A stretch of 64,000 nt of DNA from a virus: IMG/VR virus record IMGVR_UViG_3300042863_002274, one strand, 5' to 3'. The notes below the pieces were generated by a model that saw nothing but the letters and a program-made list of their open reading frames with translations, did not search any database and was not told where the DNA came from. Shown one piece after another: positions 48,214 through 57,774 of this stretch (positions are counted from its first letter, which is position 1; every line of letters begins with the position of its first letter). The translations under genes were made by a program, and so were the position numbers.

Positions 48214-48672
48214 ATGGAACAATACTGGGAGCCCGCGGCAGGCAAAAACAAAAAGCCAAAAAAGGACGACCTGGTCCAGATGCTGATGAAATCAGACATC
48301 TCGCAGGAAATAGCAGAAGAAGTAGCCACTCAGGTGGGCAGCGGCGATGAGGACAATAACGTTGTTTTTATCTTTACCGACAATAACGAGTACGTAGTAA
48401 CAGGAATTCACGTCCCAGCCGAAGCCTTGGATGGAAACCGCGGTCCAGTACTTATGCGCGGCTCCAATGAAAAGTCGATAACCGCAGCTTTCTCGCGTGA
48501 TTACATCGCCGAGTGTCTTGCCCGGGTCGAATCTGAAGAGGAAAAGCCGGGGCTCAGCGGAGTTTCCGATGCCAGGTGGATTGAGGAATTGGAGAATCTG
48601 GCTGAACTGGTTAGACTGGAAATCCAAACGAACCCGCCCGAGAGCTGGGACGAATTGCTAGCGGGGGAATGA
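48214..48672 (+). CDS. Hypothetical acidic protein
   Basis: ORF with ATGA overlap. Confidence 0.65.
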   Translation: MEQYWEPAAGKNKKPKKDDLVQMLMKSDISQEIAEEVATQVGSGDEDNNVVFIFTDNNEYVVTGIHVPAEALDGNRGPVLMRGSNEKSITAAFSRDYIAECLARVESEEEKPGLSGVSDARWIEELENLAELVRLEIQTNPPESWDELLAGE

Positions 48673-49367
48673 GAGATAAAAAGATGTTGACGGTGGTGGA
48701 AGAGATGGAACCAGGCGAGCCAAGGTCGTGGCAAGAAGCTGCGCAGATTGTGGTTTGTGAGATTTTTGACAGAGTAGATAACGTTGAGAAACATTTTAAA
48801 GAACTTCAAGAATCAGGGATGCTCAGCCAGGCAAGCTCCGCTGCGGGTGTCGAAAAAGACGATTTTTTGAACATTATCCTCGAGGGCCTTAATATTCTGG
48901 ACCTTCAGTTCGAGGGAATGCTGAATAATTCGAAATGGTTCGATTCGGACCCCATGTACTGGGTCGAAGAATGGAAAATTCTTGGCACGTTGGCCGCTGC
49001 GTGCGGTATAAAAAGTGAAAATTTGAATCATTTATCGCCGGCCGCCAATCATCCGGAAATTGAGAATTTTAACTCGTCTTCCGCGGGCTTCTTTGGAAGC
49101 TGGATGCTGCGCGAAGATATCACTGAAACCCTTATCCGTAAGCAAAGGGACTACGGTCACCATAATATTGCTCGGTTTGGACGCCAAGGGATATTGGTTA
49201 GATGTCATGACAAGATGGCAAGACTCAAGAATCTTCAATTATCTAGAGGAGGCGCTGCGCAAAACGAATCAGTCGCCGACACGTACCTAGATATTATAGG
49301 ATATTCAGCAATTGGCATGATGTGGGAGCGCGGCTGGTTTCTGTTAGATTTAACTGAAACAAACTAG
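48669..49367 (+). CDS. Nucleotide-modification-associated (DUF1599/Nmad1-like, MazG-like helical) protein
   Basis: RKQRDYG..NI...DKMARL...ESVADTYLDIIGYS. Confidence 0.75.
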   Translation: MRDKKMLTVVEEMEPGEPRSWQEAAQIVVCEIFDRVDNVEKHFKELQESGMLSQASSAAGVEKDDFLNIILEGLNILDLQFEGMLNNSKWFDSDPMYWVEEWKILGTLAAACGIKSENLNHLSPAANHPEIENFNSSSAGFFGSWMLREDITETLIRKQRDYGHHNIARFGRQGILVRCHDKMARLKNLQLSRGGAAQNESVADTYLDIIGYSAIGMMWERGWFLLDLTETN

Positions 49368-49580
49368 AAAGTATTGACGGTGGTGTATGAACCAGGACAT
49401 TAATCAACTGGGACCCAAGCGCGCAGCTATTGCACGTGCACTAGTGCACAGGGGAATCACTATATGGGAAGGTATCCCGCAGCACATAATCGAAGAGCTC
49501 GAGCGTGCTGGTTATAAAATCAAAAAAAACAAGAAGCTCCGCCGGTCGGAGTAGATAACTTTCCAGAGAGGTACTAAACA

Positions 49581-49844
49581 ATGGAAGACCAAACACAAGA
49601 AGAAATTATGAAGCAGATACGAATTACTGCTTTTTTTGAAGATTCAGGAGAAACAAGACCTCCTGAGGATAGAGCTGATGCTCTGGACACTATTAGATTA
49701 AGAATTCTACATTTAAGCGAAGTTATGGAAGGACTGGACGATATCCAGGCGCGCGCAGCTTTAATGATGGCGCTGCTGTCGTCTTCCCGGATGTATGAAA
49801 GTTTAAATAACGAGCACGAAGAGCTGCTGGAAGTTGGGAAGTAA
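49581..49844 (+). CDS. Hypothetical protein
   Basis: gagagg RBS after a motif copy. Confidence 0.6.
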   Translation: MEDQTQEEIMKQIRITAFFEDSGETRPPEDRADALDTIRLRILHLSEVMEGLDDIQARAALMMALLSSSRMYESLNNEHEELLEVGK

Positions 49845-50195
49845 TGACGGGTCGCGAAGAAGCCGCTGCCGAGTATCACGCTTTTCTCGAAAATCAGCGC
49901 GATAGCCATCTGCTCGACGCGGCGGAAATAAATTCCCTTTATCAGGAACATATGGACGGCGCGCGCGATACGTATCTCGACGAGCTCGAGGTGAACGAAT
50001 GAATTTCTTCTTTTTTCTATATCTATCCCTGGTCCTCTGGTTCTTTATCTGGGTTAGACCACGTGTCAACGACGGAACAATTGCAATTATTTATGATAAT
50101 TTGCGCGGCTTAGTTGTCGAAAGAGTTTCGTTATGGCGTACGGGGTACAACTTCCGGAAATGGCAAATCAAAAAATACACAAAAAGGCTACCTAA

Positions 50196-50567
50196 ATGAA
50201 AACAGCAATTTCCACAATCATCTCCATAACGTTCGTCGCGACAATCCTAGTGACCATGTTTTCCCTGGTTAACCACGGCAGCCTCTGGTTTAAACGTCGT
50301 AAATACAACAAGTTCGTTAATCCAAAAAATACAGAAAAGATGCTGCAGGAAGAGCTAGCTTCAGAATTTCAGAAATACATTAATACTAAGCAGCAGAAAA
50401 GCCGACGCGAACATCCTACGAATTATCACAGGAATAGTCTCAACAACGAGACCAGGGACATTATCTCGAGATTGTCGAACAACGACAACAAGCCAACCGC
50501 CAACCGAAACGAGTTCGGCAAGTTCATCGCGACAGAGTATCGCAACCAGCAACAGCCGGGTGAATAA
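50196..50567 (+). CDS. Membrane-anchored hypothetical protein
   Basis: N-terminal TM helix. Confidence 0.6.
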   Translation: MKTAISTIISITFVATILVTMFSLVNHGSLWFKRRKYNKFVNPKNTEKMLQEELASEFQKYINTKQQKSRREHPTNYHRNSLNNETRDIISRLSNNDNKPTANRNEFGKFIATEYRNQQQPGE

Positions 50568-51111
50568 AGCGAAAGTGCCCCCGGGGAGCTATCGAAGGTC
50601 ACCTACCAACCCATTAATAGTCTCAACCCGGAGGCTGCTTCTTTCGGGGTGAAAGGGGAAACCCGTCGGAAGCCCCGTAACTTTATCACAAATCTTTTTT
50701 GTGATTCAGCTCCTCGTTATTTTTTTCGTGAAAATGTTTTTTGGTTTTCGAAGAAGAAAATCCCTGGTTGAGGTTGACGGTGGTGGAAGAGCCTGGTAGC
50801 TTTACCGTTCTGGAACTCAATAGAGTGAAAGTATGAATTCATAGATTGCCGGCCAGCAATCAACTACTTGATTTTTTCATGTACCACCTGAGGGGGTGGT
50901 ATTTGGTGTGCGCGCGGCAAGAACTTTATCTAAAGGTTCCCCCCACACCCCCCTCCAAAGTGACACTACGGGTAACATCGCAATAGATACCATCCACGAA
51001 ACTGCCGAAAGCTTCAACTCACTACAAGCTAAGAATACGGTTTAAGGTAAATACTGTTCATTTTCATAAATGCATTTGACGGTGGCGGAAGAGAGCGAGT
51101 AGATTGTGAAT

Positions 51112-51489
51112 ATGAGTACTGACAAAAAGGGTAGAGGGCCTAGCGCCCACAACCAAACGAAAATCCAGCTGGGTAAAAAGGTAAACATGAACCTGGTGGT
51201 AGAAGTGTTTGAGTACTGGAAAACAAAGACCGCCCGTAACCGCGCCACACTCGATATTAAACGCGAGCGGGATATACGTTGGGCCATCGCTGTATATAGC
51301 GTCCAGACCTGCAAGGAAGCCATTGATGGGTGTTTGCTCTCAGACTTCCATATGGGCAAGAATAAAGAAAAGACCGTCTACAACGACGTTGCCATTATCT
51401 TTAGAGACGCTGCTCATGTAGAGAAGTTCCTAGACCTGTATGACGGAACGAACTCAAAGTCAGCTAAATCTAAGTGGGCAGAGGAATGA
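51112..51489 (+). CDS. Phage replication-organiser-like C-terminal domain protein
   Basis: VFEYWK...CKEAIDGC..SDFHMGKN...YND...IFRD...VEKF. Confidence 0.6.
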   Translation: MSTDKKGRGPSAHNQTKIQLGKKVNMNLVVEVFEYWKTKTARNRATLDIKRERDIRWAIAVYSVQTCKEAIDGCLLSDFHMGKNKEKTVYNDVAIIFRDAAHVEKFLDLYDGTNSKSAKSKWAEE

Positions 51490-51980
51490 CCAAAGAAGAA
51501 CTTGTCGAATTGGTAGACCAGGTGTACGCCACCTATAGAGCCGAGCTACCTAACAAGGAGGGAGACTTAACAACCACCCTCAATGCTTGGTATGAGCTAC
51601 TGCACGACTTAGAACTGCAAGACGCCAAGAGGGCGTTTCGCAAGATGGCGGTAACCAGAGAGTTCATGCCGCGCCCAGGCGAAATAAGAAAGGTCACAAT
51701 AGATACCACAACTAAAGTGCCCCCTTTTGATGACCCTATTATTGCTTGGGGTAAATGGATTACCCTATCCCAGGAGGTTAATTCCGGTATGCCTCCATCG
51801 ATAGAGGTGTCAGCTGCTCTCGCCGGCACCATCAAGGCAATGGGCCAGTCTGCATATAACCTTCACACCAACTCTGACCGTGCGGTTTTCTCTCAGGCGT
51901 ACGAGAAGGTGGTGGCCGAGTTAGAACAAGACAAGTACGCCGTTCCAGACCCGCCTCCAAAAAAGATTACCCAACAATAG
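51486..51980 (+). CDS. Helicase loader/inhibitor (G39P-like) protein
   Basis: AWYELLHDL...A...FMPRPGEIR...AWG; coupled to the previous gene. Confidence 0.6.
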   Translation: MTKEELVELVDQVYATYRAELPNKEGDLTTTLNAWYELLHDLELQDAKRAFRKMAVTREFMPRPGEIRKVTIDTTTKVPPFDDPIIAWGKWITLSQEVNSGMPPSIEVSAALAGTIKAMGQSAYNLHTNSDRAVFSQAYEKVVAELEQDKYAVPDPPPKKITQQ

Positions 51981-52152
51981 TGACCCAAAAAAAAGAACCT
52001 AAATGAATCTGTTTAATATAATTGCCTTTTTAATATCCACAACTTTAATATACAAACTTGCGTACTCCCCTTTTAGTTTTGTATTCCGTGCGGTAGTAAT
52101 AATTTTCATCGTACTTACAATGAGGACTTTCGTATTGCAGTAAATTCGCTGT

Positions 52153-52323
52153 ATGAAGCGAAACCCTGGCCGCCCTGTATCCGAGCCAACCAAACCTGTA
52201 GTAACCCTCACACTGCGCGTCAATAAAGAGTTCAAACAAAAACTAATTTTCCAATCCCAGGCAGTAGACCTGACCCTCACCGACTACATCAAAGCTCTGG
52301 TGGAGCGCGATAGCGCAGTCTGA
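52153..52323 (+). CDS. 56-aa RHH-like protein not in the ORF track
   Basis: MKRNPGRP...VTLTLRVNKEFKQKL...LTLTDYIKALVERD. Confidence 0.65.
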   Translation: MKRNPGRPVSEPTKPVVTLTLRVNKEFKQKLIFQSQAVDLTLTDYIKALVERDSAV

Positions 52324-52324
52324 A

Positions 52325-52669
52325 GTGGGCCGCAAAGCAGAGAAGACCCGCTTTGTAGATAAGTACGTCATTCTGAACGTACGAATGAAGGGCAAACAAA
52401 AAAACGAGATAATTGACTATGCCCGCAAGAAGGGACTATCGGTCAATGACGTTGTGCTGTATGCCGTATGGGATTTCATTCGTACAGAAAAAGGAATTCC
52501 CAGCGCCGGCTCCGCACAGTTCTCCATCCCGACAATAGAGGAAACAATAGTCTCTTACATCCGGGGCGAACATATGTTCGAACCCTGTGGCAAAAAGCAG
52601 TGCGATAAAAAAATTACCCAATTAAATAACATGTCTTTTTGTGAGACCTGTAATATTCGCATCCAGTAA
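52325..52669 (+). CDS. RHH-like DNA-binding protein with C-terminal Cys4
   Basis: ILNVRM...YARKKGLSVNDVV; CGKKQC...CETC. Confidence 0.7.
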   Translation: MGRKAEKTRFVDKYVILNVRMKGKQKNEIIDYARKKGLSVNDVVLYAVWDFIRTEKGIPSAGSAQFSIPTIEETIVSYIRGEHMFEPCGKKQCDKKITQLNNMSFCETCNIRIQ

Positions 52670-52843
52670 AACCGAAAGTAGTTGTGCTCGCAACTATTGA
52701 CAATTAGCAATTAGTAATTACAAAATTTTCTAAAAAATGAAAAAACCGGGCGCGGCTAAACATTTTGACCTTTTTTGCTGCTTTATGAAGTCCACCAGAG
52801 TATCCAGGCAAATACAACTCCCAGTATTATGAAAGTCGCTATT

Positions 52844-53194
52844 TCAGTTTCCCCACATTTGTGCGAGCGTTGGTCGAACGGCTTTTATCTTTCGTCTTCT
52901 TTGCTCTGCGGCTAGCTGTCTGCTAGTTAGTCCTGCCCATACCCCATGCATATCTGCCGCCGGGAACTCCAGTGCATACTCAAGACACTCATTTTTTACC
53001 GGACACGTTTTGCATATGGCTCTTGCTTGTGCGATATATGTAATGTCCTTATGTTGTTTGGGGAACATGAGTTCTGTTTTTCCTTTGCAACTAGCAAGGC
53101 TAAACCAATCTTTACGAGGTATAGCAAGTCCCAATGTAGGTTCTGTATTTTTATTGGGTAATTTTTGTTGGGGTTGTTCTTCAGAACTTGACAC
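52844..53194 (-). CDS. whiB: WhiB-family Fe-S transcription factor
   Basis: W...ASC...ICKTCPVKNECLEYAL...HGVWAGLT. Confidence 0.93.
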   Translation of the reverse strand: MSSSEEQPQQKLPNKNTEPTLGLAIPRKDWFSLASCKGKTELMFPKQHKDITYIAQARAICKTCPVKNECLEYALEFPAADMHGVWAGLTSRQLAAEQRRRKIKAVRPTLAQMWGN

Positions 53195-53986
53195 TAGTGC
53201 TCCTATGGAAATGTTGCTTTATTTCGCTTCTTTATATATTCTGCCTCATATATGTATAGGCGTGCCTGTCTAGTATTTTGTGTTTTTTGTAGGTGTGTAT
53301 TCCCGGGCAAAGCTGACCCACTAAACAAAGCATCCAGAAAGGCGGTTACTTACTCTTTCCTCTGTCTCTCTAGTTACTCTCCTATTAGGTGTAGTAGGTA
53401 TATGAGGTATATGCGGAATTTGGGAACGTGGAAGGAATTCTGCGACGTTTAGTTTTGTCTGTATATTCAGCATCGCAAAGCTAGTTGTGCAATACTTACC
53501 TTATGCCTCTTATTTATGGACACCAGCACGAATCACCACTCAATGCCTCTAGCGGTATAGACCAATACACGAAGTGGTTTGAGCTAATGAATATGGATTT
53601 TGAGTTGCTTCATATCGGTCAGAGCTGGATATGCAATGCCTGGGCGCGGGAGAAGAACTCCGTATTGGTCTCTGGTTCAGGAACGAAGAAAACAATCTCC
53701 GAGGCTCTGCATACTTGCTACTCAGACATACGGTCTATAGCCAATAAGAACTCTCAGAGCAGATAAATTTATCTAAATAAAATCTTTGATACAGAAGAGA
53801 TTATTGTTTCTTGTAGAAACGATTGTTTTTGTCATGAACGAGGGTTGCGTATCCGGCTTGAAGGTATTTTCCCCAGTTGTCGTTCATGTACTTGAACCAG
53901 TCAACCCTGTCTTGTTCAGACATGTCTTTCCAGACAGTGAAGTTCTTGCCTAGTTCGGGTTCACTACCGATGGCCATTCAGTCTCC

Positions 53987-54610
53987 TTACGAGAATATGG
54001 TTGGGATGGTCGCGAGAACAGCAACACCGAATAGCCATATGATTACTGAAAAAGTTGATAGATAGGCAACAAGGTTTTTCATCTTCATGACGGTTGTGAT
54101 ACCTAGAAGAAACAAGGAAACAGCGAATAGTCCTGTGAGCATCTGAAGTTGGTTACTGTGCCTTCCTTCGGTTCCAGACAAATCTGTCCAATACTGACTG
54201 CCGTTAAACTGCTCGGTGTAAGGGTTGTATAGTGCATCCATATAAGGCTTACAGTTTGGTAGCTGTTCTTTTGGGTTCTCAATAAAGCAAGGCATCGCAA
54301 ACTCATACAACTCGGCAGAGCCATTGAATGTCTTTATATCCTCATAGATATCATCGGTACTAACACCATCTACAAGTACACGGACTTGCTTGTCTTTCCA
54401 TACAGAAAGGTCGTCTCGGTACTTAACCTCTGAAGTAACCCACATTCTGTCTGCTTCAGACAAACTCAACTGATAACTAGAGTTAGCGTCCGAAGACCTA
54501 CCCCCATGAAGAGAAGATTGAATTGCTGTCCAAGCGGTAGTGGTGGAAACCAAACCGAGCATTACGACGATAAACAGGTCGCCCGAGAATTTTTGAATTA
54601 TTTTGTTCAT
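53987..54610 (-). CDS. Membrane protein (3 TM)
   Basis: Hydrophobic N- and C-terminal helices. Confidence 0.7.
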   Translation of the reverse strand: MNKIIQKFSGDLFIVVMLGLVSTTTAWTAIQSSLHGGRSSDANSSYQLSLSEADRMWVTSEVKYRDDLSVWKDKQVRVLVDGVSTDDIYEDIKTFNGSAELYEFAMPCFIENPKEQLPNCKPYMDALYNPYTEQFNGSQYWTDLSGTEGRHSNQLQMLTGLFAVSLFLLGITTVMKMKNLVAYLSTFSVIIWLFGVAVLATIPTIFS

Positions 54611-54843
54611 TTGTTGCTTTCTTTTTTCCACTTGAGCATGTTGCGCCAATGAACCCATTGCCACAGTGCCCACATGGCGATAAAGCCAGGCTTGTTAAAT
54701 ATGATTGCGTAAAGAAACCAAGGGAATGAGTGGAGGGCAACAATCATGTGCCCATGCCATTTCTTGTTCCCTACTGTATAGCTTCCATATACTCCGACTA
54801 GTTCCATCAGGAACAGGAGCCAAGTCCATGTAGTTTCGCTCAT
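54607..54843 (-). CDS. Small Trp-rich membrane protein (PnuC-like half)
   Basis: Three hydrophobic segments. Confidence 0.6.
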   Translation of the reverse strand: MSETTWTWLLFLMELVGVYGSYTVGNKKWHGHMIVALHSFPWFLYAIIFNKPGFIAMWALWQWVHWRNMLKWKKESNK

Positions 54844-55472
54844 TTTGAGGCCGGCGATTTAGGTTCCGTTGTTTGTACGTATGTATGAAACGGTGAACCG
54901 GTATGGGGGTCTAGTTTTGCCGATATTCCCAAAGCCTTTAGGCATACGCTTTTGGCTTGTGTGGAGGATAGTTTCTTTCCGCCAGCTAGAGCGCTTATCG
55001 CTCCAAGGGCATATTCTGAACCACTGCCTACTGCATAGTGCCCTGTTGAGTCATTGAGCCAGGAATAGTCGCTGTCGATTACGTAGATAGTTGCATTGAC
55101 TACTAGCAGGAGAGTTGAACCCTGCTCAGCTATGTGTTCCTTGTTCTCTTTGTTCTCTGGTGGAGAATAGCCATGAAGGTCAAAGCAGGCTCTCATTGCT
55201 GGTATAAATTTAACTGTAATGAACTGGTCGAGCTTCTTGCCTTTTGTACCTACTGGTACTGGAGGAGGAGCAAACGCGTGAGTTAAGAGATTAATTGCTC
55301 TTAGGTCTCCGGCTGTACCGATTAAGTATTTGCCGTTTGTTGCTATCTTTGAAGTCCCTGAACCCAGGCTAGTCATGTGATAAGCCGGGCCGTCATCGGA
55401 AAACGAGGTAATACGTGTATCTGCCGCGATAACAGCAAATCCTTCGCCTTGTATTCCTACTACAGTTGTCAT
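54840..55472 (-). CDS. Proteasome-beta/HslV-like Ntn-hydrolase protease
   Basis: M-TT start, AADTR, SK, GTAGD, AVGSGS. Confidence 0.85.
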   Translation of the reverse strand: MTTVVGIQGEGFAVIAADTRITSFSDDGPAYHMTSLGSGTSKIATNGKYLIGTAGDLRAINLLTHAFAPPPVPVGTKGKKLDQFITVKFIPAMRACFDLHGYSPPENKENKEHIAEQGSTLLLVVNATIYVIDSDYSWLNDSTGHYAVGSGSEYALGAISALAGGKKLSSTQAKSVCLKALGISAKLDPHTGSPFHTYVQTTEPKSPASK

Positions 55473-55476
55473 TTTC

Positions 55477-55719
55477 TTAGTCGTTCTCTTCGTCTTCTAT
55501 TTCGGCGATTCTTTCAAAGATTCTCAAGAGAGCCTCAAGGTCGCCCTTTTTCATCTCTTCGTACAGGCCTTTGCCTTCTTCGGTCATGCTATACAACCAC
55601 TGTCCGTCTTCGGCGATACCCGTGACTTCAATGATTCCCGCTTTACGCAGGCCTTCCATATCCCTGTATAGGTCTTCTGGAGTGTATGTTTCGTATTCGC
55701 CTGAATATTCGTTGCTCAT
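55477..55719 (-). CDS. Small acidic protein, paralog of 14444-14638
   Basis: Alignment visible by eye. Confidence 0.75.
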   Translation of the reverse strand: MSNEYSGEYETYTPEDLYRDMEGLRKAGIIEVTGIAEDGQWLYSMTEEGKGLYEEMKKGDLEALLRIFERIAEIEDEEND

Positions 55720-56918
55720 TCTGCGACGTACTCTTTGCCTCTAAAGATGCCTCGACCGTTGTAAATCCACATTGGCTCGTAGTTGAACCATTCGTTACCC
55801 TGACCATAAGGCTGATAGGTAACGATTCCTAATCCTTGTTGCCAGTTCTCGGCTCCTTGGAGTAGTGGTCTACCGAATTCATCCATTCCAGATTTCGTGG
55901 AAGGAACAGCGCCATCTACCCTGCAAAGACAACCAGGGCTGGCTGCCATGATGGTGCGTGGTCCTTGGTCTGTGCGATAAGTACGATAAGCGAGCTCGTT
56001 TCTGTGGATGTGTCCGTATATCACTGAAATTCGTTCGTTGTCCAGATACTTCTTGGTGGTTGAGTTGTTTGAAACAACCTTGTCACCGTGAACAATCATG
56101 AGGTTCGAGTTGATGTAGTGAGCTGATTCTGGGTATCCCGGAAGGTAGTCGACACCAAATTCGTCCATTCTGCACAAAAACGGAACAGACAGGACAGGCC
56201 AACCCTCACGGAGTTCGTCATTTGCTCGACCTCTGGTTATGCCGAAAGACGCTTCTGCGTTGGTTTGTATATACCGAGCCATGCGGGCTTCATGGTTTCC
56301 CGCAATCCATGTGATTTTTGCTCGTGGTGCAGCCGCACGTATTTGAGCACAAAGCATTGTTGCCCTGTCTATGGATGCCTGAACCATCTGCTTAAAGGGT
56401 GCAGCTGTGAGATATTTACCAAATTCGGCAAAATCCAGGTTGTCTCCAACCATTATGACCTGGTCTGGGTTCATCTCTTCAATGACTCCCAAGGCAACAG
56501 CTATTGCTGCTTCGTCATGTATCGGCTCCAGCTCAACAGAATCAAGGGATTTGCGATAGAAACCTATTTGTATATCAGGTACGATAACTGCCACTTCCCA
56601 CTGTTTTGGTGGGTTGGATTTTGTCCTTGGCTTTTGTAGTTGTATTTTTGGCCCTTGTTCCATAAGGGGCCACTGCGGTCCGGAGTCCCAGCTAGGACTA
56701 AATTGAATCGCCTGGAGGTCATGGACGATTGCTTCGCCTGTATCTGGGTTTTTTGTGACCGACTGATACAGGGAGACCTTTTGAATAGACCCAACCTCGC
56801 TAGGGTCAATACCTTTTCTTTCAAGCATCGCAGCAATGTCATTTAGGGTCTTTTTACTGTTTTGCTCTTTGGCAAGACCTTTGAGGTTTGATTTTAGATT
56901 TTCTTTATCGACAGCCAT
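55716..56918 (-). CDS. Calcineurin-like metallophosphoesterase
   Basis: PDIQ, GDNLD, GNHE, HG, GHIH. Confidence 0.85.
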   Translation of the reverse strand: MAVDKENLKSNLKGLAKEQNSKKTLNDIAAMLERKGIDPSEVGSIQKVSLYQSVTKNPDTGEAIVHDLQAIQFSPSWDSGPQWPLMEQGPKIQLQKPRTKSNPPKQWEVAVIVPDIQIGFYRKSLDSVELEPIHDEAAIAVALGVIEEMNPDQVIMVGDNLDFAEFGKYLTAAPFKQMVQASIDRATMLCAQIRAAAPRAKITWIAGNHEARMARYIQTNAEASFGITRGRANDELREGWPVLSVPFLCRMDEFGVDYLPGYPESAHYINSNLMIVHGDKVVSNNSTTKKYLDNERISVIYGHIHRNELAYRTYRTDQGPRTIMAASPGCLCRVDGAVPSTKSGMDEFGRPLLQGAENWQQGLGIVTYQPYGQGNEWFNYEPMWIYNGRGIFRGKEYVAE

Positions 56919-57202
56919 TATTTTTTCTTTTCTTTTTTGTCAACTGAATTTAAACAACAAGCGTTGCTTCCAGAACCCTTAAAGCACTGGGTTCTCTTTT
57001 CCCCCAAATATTCCCTACTCAGGTAGATTCCCTCTTCTTTTAATGCTCGTACCAAACCCATCGTGGAAGCGTTGCTGCTTAAGGCTTCTGTCAATACTTC
57101 GGAAGTTTCTTTATCTAAAGAATTAATAATCATTCCGAGCTTGCAGTCCCTTCCTGTACCAGTGGGGCTTTTCATTAATTTTTGGAGGCTATCACTGAGC
57201 AT
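56918..57202 (-). CDS. Hypothetical protein
   Basis: TAATG coupling to the phosphoesterase gene. Confidence 0.65.
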   Translation of the reverse strand: MLSDSLQKLMKSPTGTGRDCKLGMIINSLDKETSEVLTEALSSNASTMGLVRALKEEGIYLSREYLGEKRTQCFKGSGSNACCLNSVDKKEKKK

Positions 57203-57321
57203 GGTTTCCCTTTATCTGCTATTGTCACTGTCGTGGTCATTTTTTTAAGTAGTGTTCTCAATTGCGGTCACACCGTTATCGCACACACTACACCATCAGA
57301 CTACGCAGGTACAGGTATCTC

Positions 57322-57759
57322 ATGAGGTCTCAGAAAATCAATGAAATAAAAAAGGCGCTTGAAGACGCGCTGTCCAAAGGGGAAGAAAGCGACGTTGCTA
57401 TTGAAAAAGTGATGCAAGCTCTTGACACCAAGAAAATACTCCGCTACCACCAGGAACACGAGGTAAGTCTCTTATCTACTTCGGGAAGAGTATTGATTTC
57501 AATCATGCAAGACCAAGAGATGACAATAAGAGCTATTTCGGTTTATCTTGATTTAAGTGAAACCATGATTGACAAAACTCTTAAAAGCCTTATAAATGCA
57601 GGACTAATTACAAAGACAAAAGTCAATCGACAAAATGTCTATCGTTGTAATAAAAAATTAATAACAAATCAGCCTGATATACGTAACTTATTGTCTGCTA
57701 TCACAGAAATAAACAAAGACAGTACGCGTCCTGAAGTTGCAGAAGAAGAAGTTTTCTAA
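57322..57759 (+). CDS. MarR/winged-HTH protein
   Basis: MTIRAISVYLDLSETMIDKTLKSLINAGLITKTK. Confidence 0.75.
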   Translation: MRSQKINEIKKALEDALSKGEESDVAIEKVMQALDTKKILRYHQEHEVSLLSTSGRVLISIMQDQEMTIRAISVYLDLSETMIDKTLKSLINAGLITKTKVNRQNVYRCNKKLITNQPDIRNLLSAITEINKDSTRPEVAEEEVF

Positions 57760-57774
57760 TACGATACTCATGTA

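Larger units (their letters stand above)
22024..49560. repeat. Dispersed asymmetric motif (G/A)GAGTAGATAA(C/G)T, about 60 copies, mostly co-oriented with transcription
   Basis: Counted by eye; e.g. + 22024, 22531, 28749, 28789, 31660, 32074, 33002, 33211, 33236, 35729, 36816, 38464, 39316, 40848, 42784, 43941, 43965, 46335, 49548; - 23809, 24471, 29125, 29476, 29994, 30685, 34678. None seen in 1-22 kb. Confidence 0.95.

Noticed and set aside
22024-49560. CRISPR array interpretation of the repeats
   Set aside because: Repeats are 10-14 bp, irregularly spaced, on both strands and inside genes; no cas genes
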